Source of the DNA: an uncultured Eubacterium sp.
GTDB lineage: Bacteria; Bacillota; Clostridia; Lachnospirales; Lachnospiraceae
Assembly (NCBI GenBank): GCA_900545725.1
Contig: URAI01000004.1
Location: 3,726-67,725 of the forward strand
Direction of reading: 5' to 3'
Length of the DNA: 64,000 nucleotides
Shown: piece by piece, positions 19,810 through 29,917 of the stretch
Position numbering within the stretch: position 1 is the stretch's first letter
How the letters are laid out: every line of letters starts with the position of its first letter
The notes under the pieces: generated by a model
What the model was told of the DNA's origin: nothing
The model's database searches: none
Seen by the model: only the letters and a program-made list of their open reading frames with translations
Program-made: the position numbers and the translations under genes

Positions 19810-20154
19810 ATGGAATGTTGTTGTAATAATTCAGAAAATAATTTACAGAATGGTATGGATGGTTCAGAAGAGAATATTAAGCATAAGCACCGGCAGGAAG
19901 AGGAAAAGAAAAAACTAAAGACAAGACTAAAAAAAATTGAAGGTCAGGTCAGAGGAATCAGTGCAATGCTTGATGATGACAGATATTGTGTTGATATATT
20001 AACTCAGGTTATGGCTGTTCAGGCTGCTTTAAACAGTTTTAATAAGGAGCTTCTTGCAAGACATATAAAAAGCTGCGTAGTAGATGACATTAAGAATGAT
20101 AATGAAGAGGCCGTTGATGAACTATGTGAATTATTAAAAAAGCTTATGAAATAA
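19810..20154 (+). CDS. csoR: Copper-sensing repressor, CsoR family
   Basis: RLKKIEGQVRGI, YCVDILTQV, HIKSCV; upstream of copA. Confidence 0.92.
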   Translation: MECCCNNSENNLQNGMDGSEENIKHKHRQEEEKKKLKTRLKKIEGQVRGISAMLDDDRYCVDILTQVMAVQAALNSFNKELLARHIKSCVVDDIKNDNEEAVDELCELLKKLMK

Positions 20155-20225
20155 ATATTTGTATAAATTAAATGGTTATAACATTTTGTACATATATAAA
20201 CAAAATGGTGAATATATAGTATAAC

Positions 20226-20286
20226 TAGTGTGAAAAATAATGCTGATGCTATTCCTCTGGCATTAAAAATGCCTGCGGAATGGAGA
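20226..20286 (+). repeat. Dispersed modular element copy upstream of copA
   Basis: tagtgtgaaaaat followed by attcctctggcattaaaaatgcctgcggaatggaga. Confidence 0.8.
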
Positions 20287-20313
20287 ACAGTTATGAAAAG
20301 AGGATGGATATAA

Positions 20314-22968
20314 GTGAACAAAAAGTTTAATATTACCGGAATGTCATGTTCAGCATGTTCATCACATGTCCAAAAGAGTGTAGCTAAGGTTTATGGTGTC
20401 ACAAAGGCAGATGTGAACCTTTTAACTAACAGCATGATTGTTGAATATGATGAGAATATAACTGATACTGACAGTATTATAAATGCTGTAGAGCAGGCAG
20501 GATATGGTGCAGGCTGTGTAGATAATGATAATAAAGCTTCAAAAGCTTCAAATGAAAAGTCCCCTGAACAGATAGCTAAAGAGAATGTCAGACAGATGAA
20601 GAAACGTCTGATTTTTTCAATCATTTTCTGGATACCACTTATGTATGTATCTATGGGACATATGATATATATGTGGCTTGGAATTGATATGCCGTATATA
20701 ACGAAAAATTATCTTCATGGAAGCAGCAATGCAATAACTTTTGCATTTACACAGTTCTTATTATTGCTTCCGATAGTTGCCGCTAATAAGAAATATTTTA
20801 CGAATGGTTTTAAGACACTTAAAAATAAAAGTCCTAACATGGACAGCCTTATTGCAGTTGGTGCCGGAGCTGCCATTGTTTATGGGATATTTGCCATATA
20901 TAGAATTGGATATGGATATGGACATAATGATTTAGAGCTTGTAACAAAATATATGCATGATTTATATTTTGAGTCAGCAGGAACAATACTTACATTAATT
21001 ACAATAGGAAAGTATCTTGAAAGCAGGTCGAAGGGGAAGACAAGCGAAGCAATAACCAAGCTTATGAATCTTGCACCTAAGACAGTTACAGTTATAAGAG
21101 ATGGAATTGAAAAGACTATTGATATAGCGGATGTAGTCAGAGGTGACATTTATATAGTAAAGTCAGGGCAGTCAGCAGGTGTGGATGGAATAGTAACAGA
21201 AGGAGAGGCATCATTTGATGAATCCGCAATAACAGGTGAGAGTATGCCGGTTGCCAAAAAGAAAGGTGATAATATCATATCAGCCTCAATTAATAGAGGT
21301 GGATATATTAAAGCAGAGGCTGTCAGAGTCGGTGATGATACAACTATATCACAGATTATAAGGCTGGTAGAGGAAGCCTCATCAAGTAAAGCGCCTATAG
21401 CTAAAATGGCAGATAAGATTGCCGGAATATTTGTTCCTTGTGTTATGTTGATTGCATTGATTACAGGAATTGTATGGCTTATATCAGGAGCAGGAGTTGA
21501 GTTTGCACTATCTAATACAATAGCAGTGCTTGTAATTTCATGCCCTTGTGCATTAGGTCTTGCAACGCCGGTTGCTATTATGGCAGGTACAGGCAAGGGC
21601 GCGGAAAATGGTATATTAATTAAGACAGGAGAAGCACTTGAAGCTGCACATTTAATTGATACAGTTGTTCTTGATAAGACTGGAACAATAACAATGGGTA
21701 AACCACAGGTTACACAGGTAATTCCATATGAAATACCAGATAAAGAGCTGCTTACAATAGCGGCATCACTGGAGAATGTCAGCGAACATCCTCTTGCCGG
21801 AGCCATTGTAGAAAAATGCAGAAATGAACATGTGGAATTTAAGCAGGTTACAGATTTTGAAGCTGTATTTGGAATGGGCATTTCAGGCGTTATAGATGGG
21901 AAGAAATACTATGCAGGCAATCTTAAACTGATTGAAAAGGAAGACATTAAAGTTAAAAAAGACATTAAAGCAAAGCTTAATGAATTGTCAGAAGATGGCA
22001 ATACACCGCTTATTTTTGCAGATAATCAAAGAATAATTGGTATTATAAACGTTGCAGATGTAGTAAAACCAACAAGCGCAGAAGCTGTTTCACAGTTTAA
22101 GAAATATGGAATACATGTTATTATGCTTACAGGAGATAATAAAATAACAGCACAGGCAATAAGGAAAAAGGTTGGTATAGATGAGGTTATAGCTGGAGTT
22201 CTTCCAACACAGAAGGAAGCAGAGATTACCCGTCTTAAAAATGAAGGCCGAAAGGTTGCCATGATTGGTGATGGTGTAAATGATGCACCGGCTCTTACAT
22301 CAGCAGATGTAGGAATTGCCATTGGAGCAGGAACAGATATAGCAATAGAAAGTGCAGATGTTGTTCTTGTAAGAAATGATCTTATGGATGCTGTTGGAGT
22401 AATAAAATTAAGCAAGGCTGTTATAAGAAATATAAAAGAGAATCTGTTCTGGGCGTTCTTTTATAATTCAATTGGAATACCGCTTGCGGCAGGTGTATTA
22501 TATCCTTTTTTTGGTATTAAGCTAAATCCTATGTTTGGAGCGGCGGCTATGAGTCTTAGCAGTGTATGTGTTGTATGTAACGCATTAAGGCTTAAGAGAT
22601 TAAAGCTTAATAAGAATAAAGAAAGTGGTGATTTGCAAAAGATATCAGATGACAAAGTTTCTGATAGAAATGATAATGAACAATATGAAGAAATAACAAA
22701 TAATCAGAAAGAAATAATAAAAAAAGAAACAACCCAAAAGGAGAGTATAGATATGCAGGAAAATACAAAAACAATTAATATAGAAGGAATGATGTGTTCA
22801 CATTGTACAGGAACAGTGCAGAAAGCATTAGAAAAGACACCGGGAGTAACAGATGTATCTGTAAGTCTTGAAAATAAACAGGCAGTGGTAAATGTTAATG
22901 GTGTAAGTGATGATATATTAAGAAAAACAGTTGAAGATGCAGGATATAAGGTGGTTTCCATAAAATAA
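20314..22968 (+). CDS. copA: Cu(I)-translocating P1B-type ATPase with N- and C-terminal HMA domains
   Basis: GMSCSAC, TGES, CPCALGLATP, DKTGT, SEHPLA, GDGVNDAP, YN, MSLSS, C-terminal GMMCSHC. Confidence 0.95.
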   Translation: MNKKFNITGMSCSACSSHVQKSVAKVYGVTKADVNLLTNSMIVEYDENITDTDSIINAVEQAGYGAGCVDNDNKASKASNEKSPEQIAKENVRQMKKRLIFSIIFWIPLMYVSMGHMIYMWLGIDMPYITKNYLHGSSNAITFAFTQFLLLLPIVAANKKYFTNGFKTLKNKSPNMDSLIAVGAGAAIVYGIFAIYRIGYGYGHNDLELVTKYMHDLYFESAGTILTLITIGKYLESRSKGKTSEAITKLMNLAPKTVTVIRDGIEKTIDIADVVRGDIYIVKSGQSAGVDGIVTEGEASFDESAITGESMPVAKKKGDNIISASINRGGYIKAEAVRVGDDTTISQIIRLVEEASSSKAPIAKMADKIAGIFVPCVMLIALITGIVWLISGAGVEFALSNTIAVLVISCPCALGLATPVAIMAGTGKGAENGILIKTGEALEAAHLIDTVVLDKTGTITMGKPQVTQVIPYEIPDKELLTIAASLENVSEHPLAGAIVEKCRNEHVEFKQVTDFEAVFGMGISGVIDGKKYYAGNLKLIEKEDIKVKKDIKAKLNELSEDGNTPLIFADNQRIIGIINVADVVKPTSAEAVSQFKKYGIHVIMLTGDNKITAQAIRKKVGIDEVIAGVLPTQKEAEITRLKNEGRKVAMIGDGVNDAPALTSADVGIAIGAGTDIAIESADVVLVRNDLMDAVGVIKLSKAVIRNIKENLFWAFFYNSIGIPLAAGVLYPFFGIKLNPMFGAAAMSLSSVCVVCNALRLKRLKLNKNKESGDLQKISDDKVSDRNDNEQYEEITNNQKEIIKKETTQKESIDMQENTKTINIEGMMCSHCTGTVQKALEKTPGVTDVSVSLENKQAVVNVNGVSDDILRKTVEDAGYKVVSIK

Positions 22969-23243
22969 GAGCTTACGTTTAGTCAGTCATATGCAGACGT
23001 TCTGGTATACTGTATCATTGATATCTGGCTTAATAACGAAGCATAGTTTCACAAAGCTGTCATACTTATGTTTGACTGTAAAAAGTTAATGCTTAATAAT
23101 TAAATAAGGTCTGAAGTCTTGTAATATACACCGGTTACCGGAGTCTTATGTATGTTATCCAGTATATAATTATACCTGTTTAGCATATAAGAATATCGGG
23201 ATAACCGGTTTTTTTTGATACAGAAAAAATATAATATATAAGT

Positions 23244-23323
23244 ATAAGCCCATAATGTAGTGCATAAACCGGTAATGTAATATGTAAGCTGATGATTTAA
23301 TGTATAAGCCGTAATGTAATATA
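23244..23323 (+). repeat. Four degenerate 20-bp tandem repeats
   Basis: ataagcccataatgtagtgc / ataaaccggtaatgtaatat / gtaagctgatgatttaatgt / ataagccgtaatgtaatata. Confidence 0.65.
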
Positions 23324-23493
23324 CAGTTTTGTAAATATATGAGTTTATAATAAAACGAAGTTGTGTGAGCAATGTTGGAAGATATTTTAAATAATCAGAC
23401 TACTATGCTGGTAATACAATATTAATAATAAATAATATTAATAAAATTGAAAAAAGTATTGACAAAAGACATATGAAATGCTAATATATAGTC

Positions 23494-24016
23494 AACAAAA
23501 GAAATACAGATAAAAAAACAGATAAAGGAGGTACGGACCATTGGAAATTGTAATTTAAAATAATCAATATGAAGTGGATATATTAATAAATATTATAAAG
23601 AATCTTAACAACTATAATAATAGATAATCTTTAAGAGAAAGATAAAGGGTTAGGATATAATAATAAAAGATATTCATATTGAACATAATCCACAAAACAG
23701 AAGTTAAGGATGTTAAGATTATGTAAAGAAATAATCAGTAACGAGATATAGCTTATATATATAATATGAAAGTTAATATGAAATATGATTAATTGATTTG
23801 AAATATATATTCAGCCATCTTGATGATAAAAGGTATGGACAACCGGATATCAGAAACCTGTAACTTTTGAAAAATAACTGTAAAGCAGTTTTTATAAAAT
23901 AAATCGGTTAATATTCATTAAGTTAATAATTAATCGTAGAAAGAGAATAAAATTGGATAATTCAGAGTGTTAAACGGCTACCGTATTGTATGATATATAA
24001 TATGGTAGCCGTTTTT
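23494..24016 (+). ncRNA. Candidate ~520-nt non-coding transcript, GGA-rich
   Basis: TTGACA-N17-TAATAT with extended TG (23459-23487), strong terminator at 23972-24016, no + strand ORF of 60 aa or more between them. Confidence 0.5.
23972..24016 (+). terminator. Intrinsic terminator
   Basis: aaacggctaccgtattgtat/atataatatggtagccgttttt. Confidence 0.85.
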
Positions 24017-24227
24017 GTGTATGTATATCTGCTTGTTTGACTGTGTCTGTTTTAAAAAGGCTTGTTATGTATATTTTTGTAAGCCTGCATATAATACCGG
24101 TAAGGTGTGAGAAGGATGGTAAATATAATATGCAGCTAAATATTCACAAAAGGTATATAAATAAGTCTCTTCAAATGCTTTATGATTAAACTATCATATA
24201 TGTTTTGATGGGAGAAGTATTTGGTTA

Positions 24228-24929
24228 ATGGAGAAGGATGCATATGCCCGATTATTGAACAGAATAATTGAATATAGAAATCAGAATCATATAAGCCAGA
24301 AGACTATGGGAGAATATATGGGGATAACCCAGAGTCATTATAATAAGGTCGAAAGTGGCAAAAAGATAGTATCTTATTCTGCATTATTAAATCTTAAAGA
24401 GCATAAATTTGATATTGACTATATTGTTACAGGAGTCAGATATAAAGAAAGTATTTTGAATCATTATCTGAGAGGCTGCAGACCACAGGTACAGTCGGAT
24501 ATGCTTGCACATATAATATGGGTAATAAAACAGGGGGTAAGAATAACTAATACAAAGATGCCGGATAAAAAGGTGGATTATAATAATGTAATGGCATTTT
24601 TGCAGATGAGAGCCAATGATGTTGCAAAAGAAGAGACAGTATGGAAGAGTGTAAGAAAGCTTGATGGCAGAACGCAAAATGAAATGGCAGAAGAGCTTAA
24701 TGTCGGAATAAAAAAATATAGAAATATAGAGAATGGAAATGCACAGCCTGATGCACAGATTTTATCGGAATTATATGATAAGCTTGGCTATTTTCCATCA
24801 ATACTTATGCCCGAATATACGGTTAATTTAAGTTATATTAATGATATCTGGGCGGGATTTGATGAAGAGCTTAAGGGGGAACTTATTAAACATATACGTG
24901 ACGGCTATGACCTTGTAAATAAAAGATAG
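24228..24929 (+). CDS. Transcriptional regulator with two XRE-type HTH domains
   Basis: SQKTMGEYMGITQSHYNKVESG and TQNEMAEELNVGIKKYRNIENG. Confidence 0.85.
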   Translation: MEKDAYARLLNRIIEYRNQNHISQKTMGEYMGITQSHYNKVESGKKIVSYSALLNLKEHKFDIDYIVTGVRYKESILNHYLRGCRPQVQSDMLAHIIWVIKQGVRITNTKMPDKKVDYNNVMAFLQMRANDVAKEETVWKSVRKLDGRTQNEMAEELNVGIKKYRNIENGNAQPDAQILSELYDKLGYFPSILMPEYTVNLSYINDIWAGFDEELKGELIKHIRDGYDLVNKR

Positions 24930-24945
24930 AGGGGAAACCCGGCTT

Positions 24946-25671
24946 ATGGGAGGTAATAGCTTAATGCAAAAGAAAATACTTGTATTGGAAAATAAGAAAA
25001 ATTATATAAGAATATTAAAAGAAATCGAGAAAAATATAACGGATGATGTGGATTTTATATACGCATGCAATGTAAATGATGGGATAGCGGCAGCCATGCA
25101 GATGAAAATTGACATATTTATAGCTGATTTTGATATTAGAGCTGTAAATGGTATGACGGGAATTGATTTTATTGAAAATATAAGACATTTCGATAAATAC
25201 AGATTTACACCTGTAATAGCTTTATCAGAAGCGAAAGATCCGGATAAATATGTATATGAGAAGCTGCATTGTTATAGTTATATAACTAAACCTTTGAATG
25301 AGGATTATCTTAAAAGTGTAATTTCAGAAGTGCTGTTATTTAATCATGCAACAGTTTCTGAATATGGATTTTTTAAAATAGATGGTGTATTTCATATGAT
25401 AAAGGCGAAAGATATAGTACATGTTGAATTACACAGTAAAGAGATTATTATTATAACCCCAAAATGTAAATATAATGTTCCATATATTACATGTGATCAG
25501 TTTCTGGCTAAATACAAATCAGATGCGTTTATAAGATGCAGTAAAAATGCAATTGTAAATGTTAATTATATACAGTCAGTAGATATGACAAACAGATTTA
25601 TACAGCTTGTTGATAATTATGGACATATAGGAATAGGTATGGCTTATAAGAAGAATATCCTGGTAAAATAA
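24946..25671 (+). CDS. LytTR-family response regulator (orphan)
   Basis: Receiver (IFIADFDI, GIDF, YITKP) plus LytTR (FIRCSKNAIVNVNYI); no adjacent kinase. Confidence 0.85.
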   Translation: MGGNSLMQKKILVLENKKNYIRILKEIEKNITDDVDFIYACNVNDGIAAAMQMKIDIFIADFDIRAVNGMTGIDFIENIRHFDKYRFTPVIALSEAKDPDKYVYEKLHCYSYITKPLNEDYLKSVISEVLLFNHATVSEYGFFKIDGVFHMIKAKDIVHVELHSKEIIIITPKCKYNVPYITCDQFLAKYKSDAFIRCSKNAIVNVNYIQSVDMTNRFIQLVDNYGHIGIGMAYKKNILVK

Positions 25672-25812
25672 TTATAATTATTATTATAATAATAATTATT
25701 ATAATACGATGAAAAACATTAATATATTATAAAATAAATGGTTTGTTATTTTATATAAGTATGGTACAATTATAGTAATATAAAACTATAGAGGGCAGGT
25801 TGGGAATATATA

Positions 25813-27879
25813 ATGTTAAATATAAACGAATGCGAAAGAATTAATCTAAAGAAGGGGGATATTCTTACTAAGGCAGCGGATAAGGCAGATAAGGTATATC
25901 TTATTGTTAATGGTAAGGTATCCTTACGAAACAGCTATATCAGAATGGAACTTGAGAATGGTTCGATTGTAGGAATGGTTGATTTATATTCAAAGGAATG
26001 TTTATTTGATTGTATGGCTCTTGCTGATACAGCTGTGTTAGCCTTTAATGTTGATGGTATTGAAGCTATTGATGGAATTAAGAATATGGGGCTTAATTAT
26101 CAGGAGCTTATAGACAGGTCAATGTTTTATCAGTTCCATCGGATATATGATATTTATAAGGATAACTTTGAAAATTATATTGAACAATTTAAGGAAAAGA
26201 CCGGTAATAATGACATTGTAATACCTGATAAAAGAGAGTGTGAATATCTAAAAGATGTATCAGAACTTGGAAAAGGTATATTTCATGGACTGTTCGATGC
26301 ACAAAATAGTATAGCTTCATATCATATGTATCTTATAAGCAGGGTAATATCTGATATAAATACATTGATAAATGATATGATTAATGAATTCGGATATTCG
26401 GTATTAGGATTTGAAGAGCCTGCAATTGATAAGTTGGAAGACCAGCCGATTGATAAAACAAAACAAGACAGTTTACAGGTAAGTGAATCAGACATGGATT
26501 ATGAGCTTGTAAAAAATGAGCTTAAGGATTCGCTTGGAAGTATTATTGATTATGCAGATATGGATAAGACAGAGGCAGTCAAGTTTAAAATGATGGTTGA
26601 AAGCTTTAGGACTCTTCCTGATAAAAATTCATCTGATAATGCAATAAGACAGATGAGAAAAAGAATTACTGAAGAATTTTATAATATATATGAAAGTGTA
26701 TTTTTTAAATATAAAAAGGATGAGAATAAGAGCAGACTTATTGAGATGTTCCTTAAATTCGGATATATGGATGAAAGGGAATTTGATGAAAAGACACTTG
26801 CCACACTTTATTATTTTGAACCTGATATTAATGGTGGAAAGTATAATGTGTATACGATATATGACTGGCTTACACAGATATATGAGGGAACGAGGGAACC
26901 GTCAAAGGATGAATTTGATAGTGACTATAAAGAAAGATTCAGGGAACTAAAAAGAACAAAAAGCTATACAAAGGCACAAGAGCTTGCTTACTTTAATGAT
27001 AAAGAGGGAAAAGTAAGATTTGAAATAGATAATCTTTTTAGAAGTACTAATAGAATTACGAGTGGAGAGATATCAGTATTTTATCCTATTCTTACACAGG
27101 AGAAGTTTACAAAGGATTTAAAGAGCATGTTCCTTGATAAGAATAAGATTGAACAGGCAATTGATAATGTATTAGATGTTGATTTCTCATTATTCCATCG
27201 TGAACAGATGTATTATGATGAGGATAATAAGATTGACAATATCACAATTATGAAACAGGTATTTCCAGATATTATTCTTATGCCTAACGTTGGAAGTAAA
27301 GGAATAATGTGGCAGGAGATATCGGAAAAGAAAAGAGATACGCCGGCAAGATTCGTGCTCTCAGAATTCTTTATAGGTAATCTTGAAACTACGGTAATAG
27401 ATATTGCAGGAATGTTCAGATGGGAACTTTGCAGAACAATACAGGGAAATTACTGGAATGACTTAAGAGAGCATTCACTTACAGCAGAATATTGCGATTA
27501 TATGCAGTTCTATAAAAAGAATAAAGATTTATCAGAAGAGATTAAGGATAAGATAAGAACACAGTATAAGAACTGCCGTAATAATACAAGAGAGATGTTT
27601 GTAAAGGATTATGAAGCCTGGATTAAGTATGAAGCAAAGGGGGCATTAAGACTTAATAAGGTTACAAGAAGAATTTTATACATATATTGTCCAGCCTCGG
27701 TCAAGTATAGGGCTAACCTTGAAAAACAGCCGGCATTTACAGATGCGGCTGCACAATATGAAAGAGACAGACAAAAAAAGATAAAAGAGCTTAAAGGCTT
27801 TAATAGTAACGTGACAAAACGTGGAGGAACAATAACAAAAGTACTTGAAGACAATCTTGCTTTCTATGAAGATATGTAA
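25813..27879 (+). CDS. Cyclic-nucleotide-binding-domain protein with a large C-terminal domain of unknown function
   Basis: N-terminal KKGDIL...VYLIVNGKV...GSIVG cNMP beta-barrel pattern. Confidence 0.7.
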   Translation: MLNINECERINLKKGDILTKAADKADKVYLIVNGKVSLRNSYIRMELENGSIVGMVDLYSKECLFDCMALADTAVLAFNVDGIEAIDGIKNMGLNYQELIDRSMFYQFHRIYDIYKDNFENYIEQFKEKTGNNDIVIPDKRECEYLKDVSELGKGIFHGLFDAQNSIASYHMYLISRVISDINTLINDMINEFGYSVLGFEEPAIDKLEDQPIDKTKQDSLQVSESDMDYELVKNELKDSLGSIIDYADMDKTEAVKFKMMVESFRTLPDKNSSDNAIRQMRKRITEEFYNIYESVFFKYKKDENKSRLIEMFLKFGYMDEREFDEKTLATLYYFEPDINGGKYNVYTIYDWLTQIYEGTREPSKDEFDSDYKERFRELKRTKSYTKAQELAYFNDKEGKVRFEIDNLFRSTNRITSGEISVFYPILTQEKFTKDLKSMFLDKNKIEQAIDNVLDVDFSLFHREQMYYDEDNKIDNITIMKQVFPDIILMPNVGSKGIMWQEISEKKRDTPARFVLSEFFIGNLETTVIDIAGMFRWELCRTIQGNYWNDLREHSLTAEYCDYMQFYKKNKDLSEEIKDKIRTQYKNCRNNTREMFVKDYEAWIKYEAKGALRLNKVTRRILYIYCPASVKYRANLEKQPAFTDAAAQYERDRQKKIKELKGFNSNVTKRGGTITKVLEDNLAFYEDM

Positions 27880-28093
27880 TAATCATCTGATTAGTAACAA
27901 TTGAATATTAAGTTAATGCAATAAGGCTGTTATGGTTAATTTTATATTAATTAAGATTTACATAGAATAATATAGATTCTTTTCTATATGTTTTATAATT
28001 TTATTATTATAAAAATACTGTAACAGCCTTTTTATGATTTATCATAAAACTTATTGTGATAATGTGTAACTAAAAAATAAACAATCAGTATTA

Positions 28094-28166
28094 TTAACAA
28101 ATAATATAAACACGCTTTACAAAGAATTTACATTAATTTCATGTATTAGTGATATCAGATTTTACA
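28094..28166 (+). promoter_or_regulatory. Pho boxes upstream of pstB
   Basis: TTAACA/TTTACA at 28094, 28116 and 28127 (11-bp phase) and at 28161; matches the PhoP TT(A/T)ACA repeat. Confidence 0.7.
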
Positions 28167-28251
28167 TTTGGCTGTTAATATTTATTCACTGAAAAGAAAA
28201 ACATAATTATATAGAGAATAAGTATTTATTGGAAATGAGGTAGGTCAGATA

Positions 28252-29097
28252 ATGGATAATGTTATTAATATACCACATTGTACAAATTCATTGGAAAGCG
28301 AAGGTATAGCTGATATGGCAAACGAAACGGTTAATAGTTTACAGGATAAGATGAAGTTTCATATTAATAATCTTAATCTGTATTACGGAGATTTTCATGC
28401 ACTTAAGGGAATTAATATGGAAATTCCTGAAAAAAAGATTACTGCATTTATTGGACCCAGCGGTTGTGGCAAATCAACATTTTTAAAGTCATTAAACAGA
28501 ATGAATGATCTGGTCGAAAATTGTCATATAACAGGTGACGTGTTACTTGGAAATGAAGATATATATGGGAATATGGATGTTAATCTTTTAAGAAAAAGAG
28601 TCGGAATGGTATTCCAGACACCTAATCCATTTCCTATGAGCATATATGATAACATCGCATATGGTCCAAGGACGCATGGTATTAAAAGCAAAGGAAAGCT
28701 TGATGCAATTGTTGAAAAATCATTAAAACAGGCTGCAATATGGGAAGAGGTAAAGGACAGGCTTAAAAAATCAGCACTCGGACTTTCCGGAGGACAGCAG
28801 CAAAGATTATGTATTGCCAGAGCACTTGCGGTTGAACCGGAGGTTATTCTTATGGATGAACCTACATCGGCACTTGATCCTATATCTACATCAAGAATTG
28901 AGGATCTTGCCATTGAATTAAAGAAAGATTATACAATAATAATGGTAACGCACAATATGCAGCAGGCAACACGTATCTCGGATAAGACAGCATTTTTTCT
29001 TTTAGGTGATATGGTGGAATATTCTGATACAGAAAAACTGTTTTCAGTACCACAGGATAAGAGGACAGAAGATTATATAACAGGAAGATTTGGTTAA
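28252..29097 (+). CDS. pstB: Phosphate ABC transporter ATP-binding protein (alternative start 28315)
   Basis: [51 protein letters not shown]. Confidence 0.97.
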   Translation: MDNVINIPHCTNSLESEGIADMANETVNSLQDKMKFHINNLNLYYGDFHALKGINMEIPEKKITAFIGPSGCGKSTFLKSLNRMNDLVENCHITGDVLLGNEDIYGNMDVNLLRKRVGMVFQTPNPFPMSIYDNIAYGPRTHGIKSKGKLDAIVEKSLKQAAIWEEVKDRLKKSALGLSGGQQQRLCIARALAVEPEVILMDEPTSALDPISTSRIEDLAIELKKDYTIIMVTHNMQQATRISDKTAFFLLGDMVEYSDTEKLFSVPQDKRTEDYITGRFG

Positions 29098-29128
29098 AAA
29101 ATGTTTAAAATAAAGATGGAGAGTAGTA

Positions 29129-29770
29129 ATGAGAAACAGATTTGACAGACAGCTTGAAGAATTAAATGACGAATTAATTGAAATGGGTACAATGATTGAA
29201 AAAGCCATTGAGACAGCAGCGAAGGCACTTATAAGTCAGGACAGTGAGCTTGCTAAAACAGTAATAGAAGGTGATGAACAGGTTGACAGACAGGAAAGAA
29301 TAATTGAGAATCTCTGCCTTAAATTATTATTACAACAGCAGCCTGTAGCAAAGGATTTAAGGCTTATATCATCAGCCTTAAAGATGATAACAGACATGGA
29401 AAGAATAGGGGATCAGGCGGCAGATATATCAGAGCTTACAATTATGTTATCAGAGGCAAAGTATATAAAGAAGCTTGAACATATCCAGCAGATGGCTAAA
29501 GAGACGATGGTAATGCTGGTTGAAAGCATTGATGCATTTGTAAATAAAGATATGCTTAAAGCACAAAGCGTAATTGATGCGGATGATAAGGTCGATGAAT
29601 TATTTGCAGAGGTAAAAAAAGAGCTGATAAAGATGATACATGAGGATATTAATTGTGGAGAACAGGCAAGCGATCTTTTAATGATTGCGAAGTACTTTGA
29701 AAGAATAGGAGACCACACAACAAATATTGCTGAATGGGTTATCTTTTCAATTACAGGAGAACATAAATAG
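29129..29770 (+). CDS. phoU: Phosphate signalling protein PhoU
   Basis: QQPVAKDLR, DMERIGD, FERIGDH. Confidence 0.95.
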   Translation: MRNRFDRQLEELNDELIEMGTMIEKAIETAAKALISQDSELAKTVIEGDEQVDRQERIIENLCLKLLLQQQPVAKDLRLISSALKMITDMERIGDQAADISELTIMLSEAKYIKKLEHIQQMAKETMVMLVESIDAFVNKDMLKAQSVIDADDKVDELFAEVKKELIKMIHEDINCGEQASDLLMIAKYFERIGDHTTNIAEWVIFSITGEHK

Positions 29771-29802
29771 AATGTATATGCATATTTATATCATTCTATA
29801 AT

Positions 29803-29872
29803 TTTACATAGATTTTACATAAGCTTGACATAAATTTCATATCACTGCTTTATACTTTACAAAGTAAATTAC
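29803..29872 (+). promoter_or_regulatory. Pho box array upstream of the Na/Pi cotransporter
   Basis: TTTACA 29803, TTTACA 29814, TTGACA 29825, TTCATA 29836 at exact 11-bp spacing; TATACT -10 at 29851. Confidence 0.75.
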
Positions 29873-29917
29873 AAAGTAAAAATTAAAATGCTTTACAGGT
29901 ATTAAAGGAGAATAGGT

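Noticed and set aside
23244..23323. CRISPR array
   Set aside because: Repeats are contiguous, degenerate, lack spacers, and no cas genes are nearby
23100..23372. 90-aa minus-strand ORF
   Set aside because: Tyr/Thr-rich translation of the tandem repeats, with no credible RBS
23494..24016. tmRNA, RNase P RNA or SRP RNA as the identity of the long non-coding units
   Set aside because: No tRNA-like ends, GAGGAAAGTCC or SRP loop motifs; far too AT-rich
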